64,000 nucleotides of DNA from the NCBI RefSeq assembly GCF_013315695.1, contig NZ_CP054353.1; one strand, given 5' to 3'. Of this stretch, positions 12,602 to 23,178 are shown piece by piece. The position numbers and the translations under genes are program-made. How positions within the stretch are numbered: the first letter of the stretch is position 1; every line of letters begins with the position of its first letter. This stretch comes from Escherichia coli (GTDB taxonomy: Bacteria > Pseudomonadota > Gammaproteobacteria > Enterobacterales > Enterobacteriaceae). The notes below the pieces were generated by a model that was given only the letters and a program-made list of their open reading frames with translations, made no database searches and was not told the DNA's origin.

Positions 12602-15274
12602 ATGCGTCAGAAAGAGACAACGGCCACGACCCGCTTTTCACTCCTACCGGGGAGCATTACCCGCTTCTTTTTACTGTTGATCATTGTGTTACTGGTGACG
12701 ATGGGGGTAATGGTACAAAGCGCCGTTAACGCCTGGCTGAAAGATAAAAGTTACCAGATTGTCGACATTACCCACGCTATCCAAAAGCGAGTCGATACCT
12801 GGCGTTACGTGACCTGGCAGATCTACGACAACATTGCCGCGACAACCTCCCCCTCCTCCGGCGAAGGTTTACAAGAGACGCGCCTGAAACAGGATGTCTA
12901 CTATCTGGAGAAACCACGCCGCAAAACGGAAGCGTTAATCTTTGGCTCTCACGACAACTCAACGCTTGAGATGACTCAACGGATGTCCACTTATCTGGAT
13001 ACATTGTGGGGCGCAGAAAATGTACCGTGGTCGATGTATTACCTGAATGGTCAGGATAACAGTCTGGTGCTGATCTCAACCCTACCCCTCAAAGATCTCA
13101 CCTCCGGATTTAAAGAATCGACCGTCAGCGACATTGTTGATTCACGTCGTGCAGAGATGTTGCAACAGGCCAACGCCCTCGATGAACGCGAAAGCTTTTC
13201 TAACATGCGCCGCCTGGCCTGGCAGAACGGTCATTACTTTACCTTGCGTACTACCTTTAACCAGCCAGGACATCTGGCAACGGTCGTGGCTTTTGATCTG
13301 CCGATTAATGATTTGATCCCACCGGGTATGCCGCTGGACAGTTTCCGCCTTGAGCCAGACGCGACGGCAACGGGAAACAATGATAATGAGAAAGAAGGGA
13401 CGGATAGCGTCAGTATCCACTTTAACAGTACGAAGATTGAAATCTCCTCGGCACTCAACTCTACCGATATGCGCCTGGTCTGGCAGGTTCCTTATGGCAC
13501 CTTATTGCTGGATACGTTGCAAAACATTCTGCTGCCACTGCTGCTGAACATCGGTTTGCTGGCGCTGGCGTTATTTGGCTATACCACATTCCGCCATTTC
13601 TCCAGCCGCAGTACAGAAAGCGTCCCCAGCACGGCGGTCAATAACGAATTGCGCATTTTACGGGCAATTAATGAAGAGATAGTCTCACTGCTGCCGCTCG
13701 GCCTGCTGGTTCACGATCAGGAATCGAACCGCACAGTCATAAGTAACAAAATTGCCGATCATTTGCTGCCGCATTTGAATCTGCAAAACATCACCACCAT
13801 GGCGGAACAGCATCAGGGGATTATTCAGGCGACGATCAATAACGAGCTGTATGAGATCCGCATGTTCCGCAGCCAGGTTGCGCCGCGCACACAAATTTTC
13901 ATTATTCGCGATCAGGATCGCGAAGTGCTGGTAAACAAGAAACTCAAGCAGGCGCAGCGTCTGTATGAGAAAAACCAGCAGGGGCGGATGACCTTTATGA
14001 AAAACATTGGCGATGCGCTGAAAGAACCCGCACAGTCCCTGGCGGAGAGCGCGGCTAAACTCAACGCCCCGGAAGGCAAACAACTGGCGAATCAGGCAGA
14101 TGTGCTGGTGCGGCTGGTCGATGAAATACAGTTAGCGAACATGCTTGCGGACGATAGCTGGAAAAGTGAGACGGTGCTGTTCTCCGTGCAGGATTTAATT
14201 GATGAAGTTGTGCCTTCAGTGTTGCCTGCCATCAAGCGTAAAGGTCTGCAACTGCTGATTAACAATCATCTGAAAGCACACGATATGCGCCGCGGCGATC
14301 GCGATGCCTTACGACGTATTTTGCTGCTACTGATGCAATATGCCGTGACCTCAACGCAATTGGGAAAAATCACCCTTGAGGTTGTTCAGGATGAGTCCTC
14401 CGAAGACCGCCTGACGTTCCGCATTCTGGACACCGGAGAAGGCGTAAGCATTCATGAAATGGATAATTTGCACTTCCCGTTTATCAACCAGACCCAAAAC
14501 GATCGCTATGGCAAGGCGGACCCGCTGGCATTCTGGCTGAGCGATCAACTGGCGCGTAAACTGGGCGGTCATTTAAACATCAAAACGCGGGATGGGCTTG
14601 GTACACGCTACTCTGTGCATATCAAAATGCTCGCAGCTGACCCGGAAGTTGAAGAGGAAGAAGAGCGTTTACTGGATGATGTCTGCGTAATGGTGGATGT
14701 TACTTCGGCAGAAATTCGGAATATTGTCACTCGCCAGTTAGAAAATTGGGGTGCAACCTGTATCACACCCGATGAAAGATTAATTAGTCAAGATTATGAT
14801 ATCTTTTTAACGGATAATCCGTCTAATCTTACTGCCTCTGGCTTGCTTTTAAGCGATGATGAGTCTGGCGTACGGGAAATTGGGCCTGGTCAATTGTGCG
14901 TCAACTTCAATATGAGCAACGCTATGCAGGAAGCGGTCTTACAATTAATTGAAGTGCAACTGGCGCAGGAAGAGGTGACAGAATCGCCTCTGGGCGGAGA
15001 TGAAAATGCGCAACTCCATGCCAGCGGCTATTATGCGCTCTTTGTAGACACAGTACCGGATGATGTTAAGAGGCTGTATACTGAAGCAGCAACCAGTGAC
15101 TTTGCTGCGTTAGCCCAAACGGCTCATCGTCTTAAAGGCGTATTTGCCATGCTAAATCTGGTACCCGGCAAGCAGTTATGTGAAACGCTGGAACATCTGA
15201 TTCGTGAGAAGGATGTTCCAGGAATAGAAAAATACATCAGCGACATTGACAGTTATGTCAAGAGCTTGCTGTAG
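12602..15274 (+). CDS. rcsD: Rcs phosphorelay phosphotransferase RcsD (YojN)
   Basis: 890-aa ORF with TM segments, degenerate kinase-like domain and C-terminal HPt domain; directly upstream of rcsB. Confidence 0.9.
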   Translation: MRQKETTATTRFSLLPGSITRFFLLLIIVLLVTMGVMVQSAVNAWLKDKSYQIVDITHAIQKRVDTWRYVTWQIYDNIAATTSPSSGEGLQETRLKQDVYYLEKPRRKTEALIFGSHDNSTLEMTQRMSTYLDTLWGAENVPWSMYYLNGQDNSLVLISTLPLKDLTSGFKESTVSDIVDSRRAEMLQQANALDERESFSNMRRLAWQNGHYFTLRTTFNQPGHLATVVAFDLPINDLIPPGMPLDSFRLEPDATATGNNDNEKEGTDSVSIHFNSTKIEISSALNSTDMRLVWQVPYGTLLLDTLQNILLPLLLNIGLLALALFGYTTFRHFSSRSTESVPSTAVNNELRILRAINEEIVSLLPLGLLVHDQESNRTVISNKIADHLLPHLNLQNITTMAEQHQGIIQATINNELYEIRMFRSQVAPRTQIFIIRDQDREVLVNKKLKQAQRLYEKNQQGRMTFMKNIGDALKEPAQSLAESAAKLNAPEGKQLANQADVLVRLVDEIQLANMLADDSWKSETVLFSVQDLIDEVVPSVLPAIKRKGLQLLINNHLKAHDMRRGDRDALRRILLLLMQYAVTSTQLGKITLEVVQDESSEDRLTFRILDTGEGVSIHEMDNLHFPFINQTQNDRYGKADPLAFWLSDQLARKLGGHLNIKTRDGLGTRYSVHIKMLAADPEVEEEEERLLDDVCVMVDVTSAEIRNIVTRQLENWGATCITPDERLISQDYDIFLTDNPSNLTASGLLLSDDESGVREIGPGQLCVNFNMSNAMQEAVLQLIEVQLAQEEVTESPLGGDENAQLHASGYYALFVDTVPDDVKRLYTEAATSDFAALAQTAHRLKGVFAMLNLVPGKQLCETLEHLIREKDVPGIEKYISDIDSYVKSLL

Positions 15275-15290
15275 CAAGGTAGCCTATTAC

Positions 15291-15941
15291 ATGAACAATA
15301 TGAACGTAATTATTGCCGATGACCATCCGATAGTCTTGTTCGGTATTCGCAAATCACTTGAGCAAATTGAGTGGGTGAATGTTGTCGGCGAATTTGAAGA
15401 CTCTACAGCACTGATCAACAACCTGCCGAAACTGGATGCGCATGTGTTGATTACCGATCTCTCCATGCCTGGCGATAAGTACGGCGATGGCATTACCTTA
15501 ATCAAGTACATCAAGCGCCATTTCCCAAGCCTGTCGATCATTGTTCTGACTATGAACAACAACCCGGCGATTCTTAGTGCGGTATTGGATCTGGATATCG
15601 AGGGGATCGTGCTGAAACAAGGTGCACCGACCGATCTGCCGAAAGCTCTCGCCGCGCTGCAGAAAGGGAAGAAATTTACCCCGGAAAGCGTTTCTCGCCT
15701 GTTGGAAAAAATCAGTGCTGGTGGTTACGGTGACAAGCGTCTATCGCCAAAAGAGAGTGAAGTTCTGCGCCTGTTTGCGGAAGGCTTCCTGGTGACCGAG
15801 ATCGCTAAAAAGCTGAACCGCAGTATTAAAACCATCAGTAGCCAGAAGAAATCTGCGATGATGAAGCTGGGTGTCGAGAACGATATCGCCCTGCTGAATT
15901 ATCTCTCTTCAGTGACGTTAAGTCCGGCAGATAAAGACTAA
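15291..15941 (+). CDS. rcsB: response regulator RcsB (LuxR/FixJ family)
   Basis: ORF 15246..15941; start moved to ATG 15291 (MNNMNVIIADDHP...) to give the 216-aa RcsB. Confidence 0.9.
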   Translation: MNNMNVIIADDHPIVLFGIRKSLEQIEWVNVVGEFEDSTALINNLPKLDAHVLITDLSMPGDKYGDGITLIKYIKRHFPSLSIIVLTMNNNPAILSAVLDLDIEGIVLKQGAPTDLPKALAALQKGKKFTPESVSRLLEKISAGGYGDKRLSPKESEVLRLFAEGFLVTEIAKKLNRSIKTISSQKKSAMMKLGVENDIALLNYLSSVTLSPADKD

Positions 15942-15944
15942 TCA

Positions 15945-16030
15945 CCTGTAGGCCAGATAAGACGCGTTAGTGTCTTATCTGGCATTTGCACTGAATGCCA
16001 GATGCGGCGTAAACGCCTTATCCGTCCTAC
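15945..16030. repeat. REP-like palindromic units between convergent rcsB and rcsC
   Basis: GATGCGGCGTAAACGCCTTATCCG-type units read in sequence. Confidence 0.6.
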
Positions 16031-18876
16031 GATTCCCGCGATTTCCTGACCCTCTCGGCATATACCGTCAGCGTCTGTTTTATCACATCCAGCGTTACCG
16101 GCTTCGACAGGCAGCTGTCCATACCGGACTCCAGACACCGCTGCTTCTCTTCAGCCAACGCATTAGCAGTTACTCCGATTACCGGCAACGTCAGTCCCAA
16201 CTGACGAATGCGTTGCGTCAAGCGGTAACCATCCATATTTGGCATGTTGACGTCGCTAAGCACGATATCAATATGATTCTTGCTAAGTACATTAAGCGCA
16301 TCGACGCCATCATTCGCGGTTTTACATTGATAACCCAACGATCCCAACTGATCTGCCAGCAGACGCCGGTTAATCGGATGATCATCCACGACCAGAATCA
16401 TCATATCGTCGTTATCGCTGACCGCTTTGTCCGTCGACGGCAGAGCGTTAGCAGGATCATCGCTCTCCATCTCGATCAAATAAATACGCGCCAACAATGC
16501 CGGTAGCTCATGCGGTGCAGCCACACTGTGTACCCACTCCCCTGGCGCTTTCTCCAGCGGAATACCAATATGGCGACGACAGAAGGTCACTACCGCTCTA
16601 CCCTGCCATTTTTTGCTCACTACCTCGTCAGTGATTAACACATCTTCGGGAGTCGGTTCCTGCCCTTCGTATGTTGTAACGACGATGCCGCTGCGCTGCA
16701 AACTGGTTTCCAGGAACTGACAGAGCGACGCATTGCGGACCGCCAGCCAGCAGCGTTTACCACTCAACCCTTCCACGCCTTTTTTCTGCGGGTACTGAGC
16801 GCCGTACAACGGAATACGCACGGTAAACTGGCTGCCTATTCCCGGTTCTGAATCTACCGAGATGTCGCCGTCCATCATGCTGATCAGTTTTTCACAAATC
16901 GCCAGACCCAGACCGGTCCCCTGGAAGTTTCGCTGTACGCCCGTTCCGACCTGGAAGAAGGGATCAAACAAGCGCACGACTTCTTTCGCCGGAATCCCCA
17001 CGCCGGTATCGCGAACACGGATAGAGAGATAATCGCCATCAGCGCGAACTTGCAAAACTATACAGCCGGTATCGGTGAATTTTATGGCGTTACTCAACAG
17101 GTTGGAGATGACCTGCTGTAAACGCATCGGGTCGCCATTTAAGGCCACTGGCACATCCGGTTCAATAAAGCAGTACAAGCCTAACTGCTTGCGTACCACC
17201 AGCGGTAAATAGTTGGCGGTGATGTGGTTCATCACTTCACGCGGTGAAAACTCACGCGGTTCGATCTTCAACTGTTCTGATTCAATTTTCGAGAAATCGA
17301 GAATATCGCTGATAATTTTCAACAACAGGCTGGAAGAGTTGTTCATTGCCGTCACCAGACGATCGACGCCTTTCGGTAACTCTTTGGTTTGCAACAGATC
17401 CAGGTTACCGATAATGCCATACAGCGGCGTTCGCAGCTCATGACTGACGGTGGCAAGGAACATCGATTTTGACTGGCTCGCCTGTTCCGCTGCTTGTGCC
17501 ATCTCCTGCAACGACTCTTCCATCTTCACGCGCGAAGAAACATCCACCAGCACACAAATGGCCACGTTTTCATTACGATAGCGCGAATGGACGAAGCTGA
17601 TTTGCAGATTGGTATTGTTGCTGGTCAGGACATCAACAAAATTGACCTGCTGCCCACAGATAATTTGTGTCAGCCGTTGGCGATCCTCATGCGTAAGCAT
17701 ATTGAGATAGGTATGCGCCAGTTCGTTACTTAAAATATTGACGCCATCAGCGGTACGCAATATGCAGATACCCACTGGCGCGGAGGCGACAATCTTGCGA
17801 TTAAACTGCTCATGTTCTTCCAGTCGCAGGGCGTCGCTTTCCGCCGGAATGAAAATACGCCGCTCGTACATCCGCGCGAGAGTAAACAATGCAGCTCCGG
17901 CAAGCACATTCAGCAAAATTGCGTTAAGGATCAACATGCGAATGCGTTCCAGCACCTTATCAACCGGCACCGAATACACGATGCTTAGCGATGAGGGTGG
18001 CAGATTTTTCTTCAGCACCAGCTCCCGGAACCCTTCCGTATAGCCAAACCAGGAGCGTTCCTGCATCCAGCGAGGATCGCCCTTAATTTTGCTTTCTGGT
18101 CCGGTAAGCGAAATCAGGGTATGACCATTTTCATCAAGAATGGTAACCCCCATCGGCAACGTACCAGGCAAGAAAAAGTTCTCCATCCGGATGGTCTGCT
18201 CGACACCCAAAAGCGCCTGCAACCGGTTCGCCAGATAAACTGGCGTCAAGGCGTAAAAATACCCGACGCCAGGGCGCGGACCTTCGCTGATCCAGTAGAG
18301 GTTACTGCCGCTATCATCTTGTGGTGCATTTCGATATTTATTAATGCGTTCATGCAACGCTTTTAGCGCGGTATCGCGTTCCACTGGCATATCACGCAGA
18401 CCGAAATTGGCCATGCAGAGGTTATCGCTGCCGATTAAAAATACCCGGTTGAGATCGTAAGCCGCAGAAAAATTATCGCGCCAGTAGCGCATAAACCACG
18501 CCAATGACTCCAGAGAACCTCGCCAGGTGTTACTCATTGCGGAACAATCAGAGTCAGCAAACAGCGGTTCAAACGCAGGCACATCCGTCTGCGTTTCTCG
18601 TCCACGCGGGGAAAGCACACCGTTTTCTGCCGATAAGCGATTTTCGGCGATGTACTTCAGCTCTTTCATCACATCAGAGGTGCGTTGAATAAAGCGCTGA
18701 GCCTGATCGGAACTCAGATTAAATTCCTGACGAATTTCCGATTCTCGCTGATGTAACGCATTAACGATGTAAAAAACGGATGAAAAAGCAATCAACAGCC
18801 AGAGCACTAACGCCAATGCTCTGAACATGTAGCGCGAGGCTTTCAGGGTTGTACGAAAAGAAGCAAGGTATTTCAA
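16027..18876 (-). CDS. rcsC: hybrid sensor histidine kinase RcsC
   Basis: 949-aa ORF with TM sensor, HisKA/HATPase and C-terminal receiver domain. Confidence 0.9.
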   Translation of the reverse strand: MKYLASFRTTLKASRYMFRALALVLWLLIAFSSVFYIVNALHQRESEIRQEFNLSSDQAQRFIQRTSDVMKELKYIAENRLSAENGVLSPRGRETQTDVPAFEPLFADSDCSAMSNTWRGSLESLAWFMRYWRDNFSAAYDLNRVFLIGSDNLCMANFGLRDMPVERDTALKALHERINKYRNAPQDDSGSNLYWISEGPRPGVGYFYALTPVYLANRLQALLGVEQTIRMENFFLPGTLPMGVTILDENGHTLISLTGPESKIKGDPRWMQERSWFGYTEGFRELVLKKNLPPSSLSIVYSVPVDKVLERIRMLILNAILLNVLAGAALFTLARMYERRIFIPAESDALRLEEHEQFNRKIVASAPVGICILRTADGVNILSNELAHTYLNMLTHEDRQRLTQIICGQQVNFVDVLTSNNTNLQISFVHSRYRNENVAICVLVDVSSRVKMEESLQEMAQAAEQASQSKSMFLATVSHELRTPLYGIIGNLDLLQTKELPKGVDRLVTAMNNSSSLLLKIISDILDFSKIESEQLKIEPREFSPREVMNHITANYLPLVVRKQLGLYCFIEPDVPVALNGDPMRLQQVISNLLSNAIKFTDTGCIVLQVRADGDYLSIRVRDTGVGIPAKEVVRLFDPFFQVGTGVQRNFQGTGLGLAICEKLISMMDGDISVDSEPGIGSQFTVRIPLYGAQYPQKKGVEGLSGKRCWLAVRNASLCQFLETSLQRSGIVVTTYEGQEPTPEDVLITDEVVSKKWQGRAVVTFCRRHIGIPLEKAPGEWVHSVAAPHELPALLARIYLIEMESDDPANALPSTDKAVSDNDDMMILVVDDHPINRRLLADQLGSLGYQCKTANDGVDALNVLSKNHIDIVLSDVNMPNMDGYRLTQRIRQLGLTLPVIGVTANALAEEKQRCLESGMDSCLSKPVTLDVIKQTLTVYAERVRKSRES

Positions 18877-19555
18877 AGGGGCGAAGCTCCGCCTCAGGTG
18901 ACCGATGGAGTGTGGTTAAGGTAGCGGTAAAAGCGTGTTACCGCAATGTTCTCTCTTCTCTGGAATATGATACACCGCCGAGAAATCATCACCTTAACCT
19001 CTGATAATCGTCATATACCGGACAAGACTAGTGGATTTCAGCATGCATTATATGAAGTGGATTTATCCACGCCGCTTACGCAATCAAATGATTCTGATGG
19101 CAATCCTGATGGTCATTGTCCCAACGCTTACTATTGGTTATATCGTAGAAACAGAAGGACGTTCAGCAGTCTTATCTGAAAAAGAGAAAAAACTTTCTGC
19201 CGTGGTCAACCTGCTTAATCAGGCGCTAGGCGATCGCTATGATCTCTACATCGACTTACCGCGTGAGGAGCGTATCCGCGCATTAAATGCAGAACTTGCC
19301 CCCATTACCGAAAATATCACTCACGCCTTCCCTGGCATCGGCGCTGGTTATTACAACAAAACGCTGGATGCGATAATCACCTACGCGCCTTCAGCGCTAT
19401 ATCAGAATAATGTGGGCGTTACCATTGCCGCAGATCACCCTGGTCGCGAAGTCATGCGTACAAATACCCCTTTGGTTTATTCAGGCAGGCAGGTGCGCGG
19501 CGATATTTTGAATTCAATGATCCCCATTGAGCGTAATGGTGAAATCCTCGGCTAT

Positions 19556-19564
19556 ATCTGGGCC
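19556..19564. repeat. target-site duplication ATCTGGGCC (left copy)
   Basis: Identical 9-mer immediately flanks both IS1 ends. Confidence 0.9.
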
Positions 19565-19579
19565 GGTAATGACTCCAAC

Positions 19580-20083
19580 TTATTGATAGTGTTTTATGTT
19601 CAGATAATGCCCGATGACTTTGTCATGCAGCTCCACCGATTTTGAGAACGACAGCGACTTCCGTCCCAGCCGTGCCAGGTGCTGCCTCAGATTCAGGTTA
19701 TGCCGCTCAATTCGCTGCGTATATCGCTTGCTGATTACGTGCAGCTTTCCCTTCAGGCGGGATTCATACAGCGGCCAGCCATCCGTCATCCATATCACCA
19801 CGTCAAAGGGTGACAGCAGGCTCATAAGACGCCCCAGCGTCGCCATAGTGCGTTCACCGAATACGTGCGCAACAACCGTCTTCCGGAGCCTGTCATACGC
19901 GTAAAACAGCCAGCGCTGGCGCGATTTAGCCCCGACATAGCCCCACTGTTCGTCCATTTCCGCGCAGACGATGACGTCACTGCCCGGCTGTATGCGCGAG
20001 GTTACCGACTGCGGCCTGAGTTTTTTAAGTGACGTAAAATCGTGTTGAGGCCAACGCCCATAATGCGGGCTGTTGCCCGGCAT
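19580..20083 (-). CDS. insB: IS1 transposase InsB reading frame (expressed as InsAB' fusion by -1 frameshift)
   Basis: 167-aa ORF matching IS1 InsB. Confidence 0.9.
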
Positions 20084-20277
20084 CCAACGCCATTCATGGC
20101 CATATCAATGATTTTCTGGTGCGTACCGGGTTGAGAAGCGGTGTAAGTGAACTGCAGTTGCCATGTTTTACGGCAGTGAGAGCAGAGATAGCGCTGATGT
20201 CCGGCGGTGCTTTTGCCGTTACGCACCACCCCGTCAGTAGCTGAACAGGAGGGACAGCTGATAGAAACAGAAGCCAC
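20002..20277 (-). CDS. insA: IS1 InsA (transposition inhibitor / N-terminal part of transposase)
   Basis: 91-aa ORF with zinc-finger Cys motif (CPSCSA...CSHC) matching IS1 InsA. Confidence 0.9.
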
Positions 20278-20332
20278 TGGAGCACCTCAAAAACACCATC
20301 ATACACTAAATCAGTAAGTTGGCAGCATCACC

Positions 20333-20341
20333 ATCTGGGCC
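20333..20341. repeat. target-site duplication ATCTGGGCC (right copy)
   Basis: Identical 9-mer immediately flanks both IS1 ends. Confidence 0.9.
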
Positions 20342-21642
20342 AATGAATTAACCGAAGATATTCGCCGCCAGGCCTGGAAAATGGATGTGAGGATTATCAT
20401 TGTGCTCACCGCCGGTTTGCTGATAAGCCTGCTGTTGATTGTCCTTTTCTCCCGTCGCCTGAGCGCCAATATAGATATCATCACCGATGGCCTCTCGACT
20501 CTGGCACAAAATATTCCCACTCGATTACCACAATTGCCCGGTGAAATGGGGCAAATCAGTCAGAGTGTTAACAACCTCGCCCAGGCACTGCGTGAAACGC
20601 GGACACTTAACGATCTGATTATTGAAAACGCTGCCGATGGCGTCATTGCCATTGACCGCCAGGGTGATGTAACCACCATGAACCCGGCAGCAGAAGTCAT
20701 TACTGGCTATCAACGTCATGAACTGGTAGGGCAGCCTTACTCCATGTTGTTCGACAATACTCAGTTCTACAGTCCAGTACTGGATACGCTGGAACATGGC
20801 ACCGAACATGTAGCACTGGAGATCAGTTTTCCAGGCCGTGACCGCACCATTGAACTCAGTGTCACGACCAGTCGTATTCATAACACGCACGGTGAAATGA
20901 TAGGTGCTTTGGTGATTTTCTCTGATTTAACTGCCCGCAAAGAAACCCAGCGCCGCATGGCGCAAGCAGAACGCCTCGCTACACTGGGTGAGCTGATGGC
21001 TGGCGTGGCGCATGAAGTACGTAATCCGCTAACGGCTATTCGTGGTTATGTACAGATCTTGCGCCAACAAACCAGCGACCCAATACATCAGGAATATCTG
21101 TCCGTAGTACTCAAAGAAATCGATTCAATTAACAAAGTTATTCAGCAATTGCTCGAATTTTCACGTCCACGCCACAGTCAATGGCAACAAGTCAGCCTCA
21201 ATGCATTGGTTGAAGAAACTCTGGTACTGGTACAAACCGCCGGCGTACAAGCGCGGGTCGACTTCATAAGCGAACTGGATAATGAATTAAGCCCGATTAA
21301 CGCCGATCGTGAACTGCTCAAACAGGTACTACTGAATATCCTGATCAATGCCGTCCAGGCTATCAGTGCACGAGGGAAAATTCGCATTCGAACCTGGCAA
21401 TACAGCGACTCACAACAGGCCATTTCGATAGAGGACAACGGCTGTGGCATTGATCTCTCGCTGCAAAAAAAGATCTTCGATCCCTTTTTCACCACCAAAG
21501 CCTCAGGAACCGGGCTTGGTCTGGCGTTAAGTCAACGCATCATTAATGCCCATCAGGGTGATATTCGCGTCGCCAGTTTGCCGGGCTACGGCGCAACCTT
21601 CACGCTTATTTTACCGATCAACCCGCAGGGAAATCAGACTGT

Positions 21643-23028
21643 ATGACTGCTATTAATCGCATCCTTATTGTGGATGATGAAGATAATGTTCGCCGTATGC
21701 TGAGCACCGCTTTTGCACTACAAGGATTCGAAACACATTGTGCGAACAACGGACGCACAGCATTACACCTGTTTGCCGATATTCACCCTGACGTGGTGTT
21801 GATGGATATCCGCATGCCAGAGATGGACGGCATCAAGGCACTCAAGGAGATGCGCAGCCATGAGACACGGACACCCGTTATTCTGATGACGGCCTATGCT
21901 GAAGTGGAAACCGCCGTCGAAGCGCTACGCTGCGGGGCCTTCGACTATGTTATTAAACCGTTTGATCTCGATGAGTTGAATTTAATCGTTCAGCGCGCTT
22001 TACAACTCCAGTCAATGAAAAAAGAGATCCGTCATCTGCACCAGGCACTGAGCACCAGCTGGCAATGGGGGCACATTCTCACCAACAGCCCGGCGATGAT
22101 GGACATCTGCAAAGACACCGCCAAAATTGCCCTTTCTCAGGCCAGCGTCTTGATTAGTGGTGAAAGCGGCACCGGGAAAGAGTTGATTGCCAGAGCGATT
22201 CACTACAATTCGCGGCGGGCAAAGGGGCCGTTCATTAAAGTCAACTGCGCGGCACTGCCGGAATCGTTGCTCGAAAGTGAACTGTTTGGTCATGAAAAAG
22301 GTGCATTTACTGGTGCACAAACCTTGCGTCAGGGATTATTTGAACGTGCCAACGAAGGTACTCTGCTCCTCGACGAAATTGGTGAAATGCCGCTGGTACT
22401 GCAAGCCAAATTACTACGCATTCTGCAGGAACGGGAATTTGAGCGGATTGGCGGCCATCAGACCATAAAAGTTGATATCCGCATCATTGCTGCCACCAAC
22501 CGCGACTTGCAGGCAATGGTGAAAGAAGGCACCTTCCGTGAAGATCTCTTTTATCGCCTTAACGTTATTCATTTAATACTGCCGCCTCTGCGCGATCGCC
22601 GGGAAGATATTTCCCTGTTAGCTAATCACTTTTTGCAAAAATTCAGTAGTGAGAATCAGCGCGATATTATCGACATCGATCCGATGGCAATGTCACTGCT
22701 TACCGCCTGGTCATGGCCGGGAAATATTCGAGAGCTTTCCAACGTTATTGAACGCGCCGTCGTGATGAATTCAGGCCCGATCATTTTTTCTGAGGATCTT
22801 CCGCCGCAGATTCGTCAGCCAGTCTGTAATGCTGGTGAAGCAAAAACAGCCCCTGTCGGTGAGCGTAATTTAAAAGAGGAAATTAAACGCGTCGAAAAAC
22901 GCATCATTATGGAAGTGCTGGAACAACAAGAAGGAAACCGAACCCGCACTGCTTTAATGCTGGGCATCAGTCGCCGTGCATTGATGTATAAACTCCAGGA
23001 ATACGGTATCGATCCGGCGGATGTATAA
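21643..23028 (+). CDS. atoC: sigma54-dependent response regulator AtoC (NtrC family)
   Basis: 461-aa ORF with receiver domain, AAA+ Walker A (GESGTGKE), GAFTGA motif and C-terminal HTH; start overlaps atoS stop (ATGA). Confidence 0.9.
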   Translation: MTAINRILIVDDEDNVRRMLSTAFALQGFETHCANNGRTALHLFADIHPDVVLMDIRMPEMDGIKALKEMRSHETRTPVILMTAYAEVETAVEALRCGAFDYVIKPFDLDELNLIVQRALQLQSMKKEIRHLHQALSTSWQWGHILTNSPAMMDICKDTAKIALSQASVLISGESGTGKELIARAIHYNSRRAKGPFIKVNCAALPESLLESELFGHEKGAFTGAQTLRQGLFERANEGTLLLDEIGEMPLVLQAKLLRILQEREFERIGGHQTIKVDIRIIAATNRDLQAMVKEGTFREDLFYRLNVIHLILPPLRDRREDISLLANHFLQKFSSENQRDIIDIDPMAMSLLTAWSWPGNIRELSNVIERAVVMNSGPIIFSEDLPPQIRQPVCNAGEAKTAPVGERNLKEEIKRVEKRIIMEVLEQQEGNRTRTALMLGISRRALMYKLQEYGIDPADV

Positions 23029-23039
23029 CGCCAAAACTT

Positions 23040-23080
23040 GCTATGCAGAAATTTGCACAGTGCGCAATTTTCTGCATAGC
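23040..23080. promoter_or_regulatory. AtoC binding site: inverted repeat GCTATGCAGAAA-N17-TTTCTGCATAGC upstream of atoD
   Basis: Perfect 12-bp inverted arms read directly; spacer itself is near-palindromic (TTGCACAGTGCGCAA). Confidence 0.7.
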
Positions 23081-23162
23081 CGCTCATTCTCCTTATAAAC
23101 CCCCATCTAATTTATCCTTTTCTATTCAATTAGTTAAATAACAACCCCCAATAATCTCATTC

Positions 23163-23178
23163 TGGCACTCCCCTTGCT
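23163..23178 (+). promoter_or_regulatory. sigma54 (-24/-12) promoter of atoDAEB: TGGCAC-N5-TTGCT
   Basis: Matches the sigma54 consensus TGGCAC-N5-TTGCW; located about 45 bp upstream of atoD start and about 100 bp downstream of the AtoC palindrome. Confidence 0.75.

Larger units (their letters stand above)
19565..20332 (-). mobile_element. IS1 insertion sequence, 768 bp, complete
   Basis: Terminal inverted repeats GGTAATGACTCCAACTTATTGAT (19565) and GGTGATGCTGCCAACTTACTGAT (20332, complement); encodes InsA and InsB on minus strand; A6C frameshift motif TTAAAAAAC at 20020..20028. Confidence 0.95.
19043..21646 (+). pseudogene. atoS: atoS sensor histidine kinase gene interrupted by IS1 after codon about 174 (5' part 19043..19564, 3' part 20333..21646)
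   Basis: N-terminal ORF (MHYMKWIYPRR...GYIWA) reads straight into IS1 sequence; the AtoS frame resumes after the element (IWANELTEDIRRQAWKMDVRIII...) and runs through HAMP/PAS/HisKA/HATPase domains to the stop overlapping atoC. Confidence 0.9.

Noticed and set aside
19614-19904. 96-aa plus-strand ORF inside IS1
   Set aside because: Overlaps insB on the opposite strand; IS1 is not known to encode a protein on this strand
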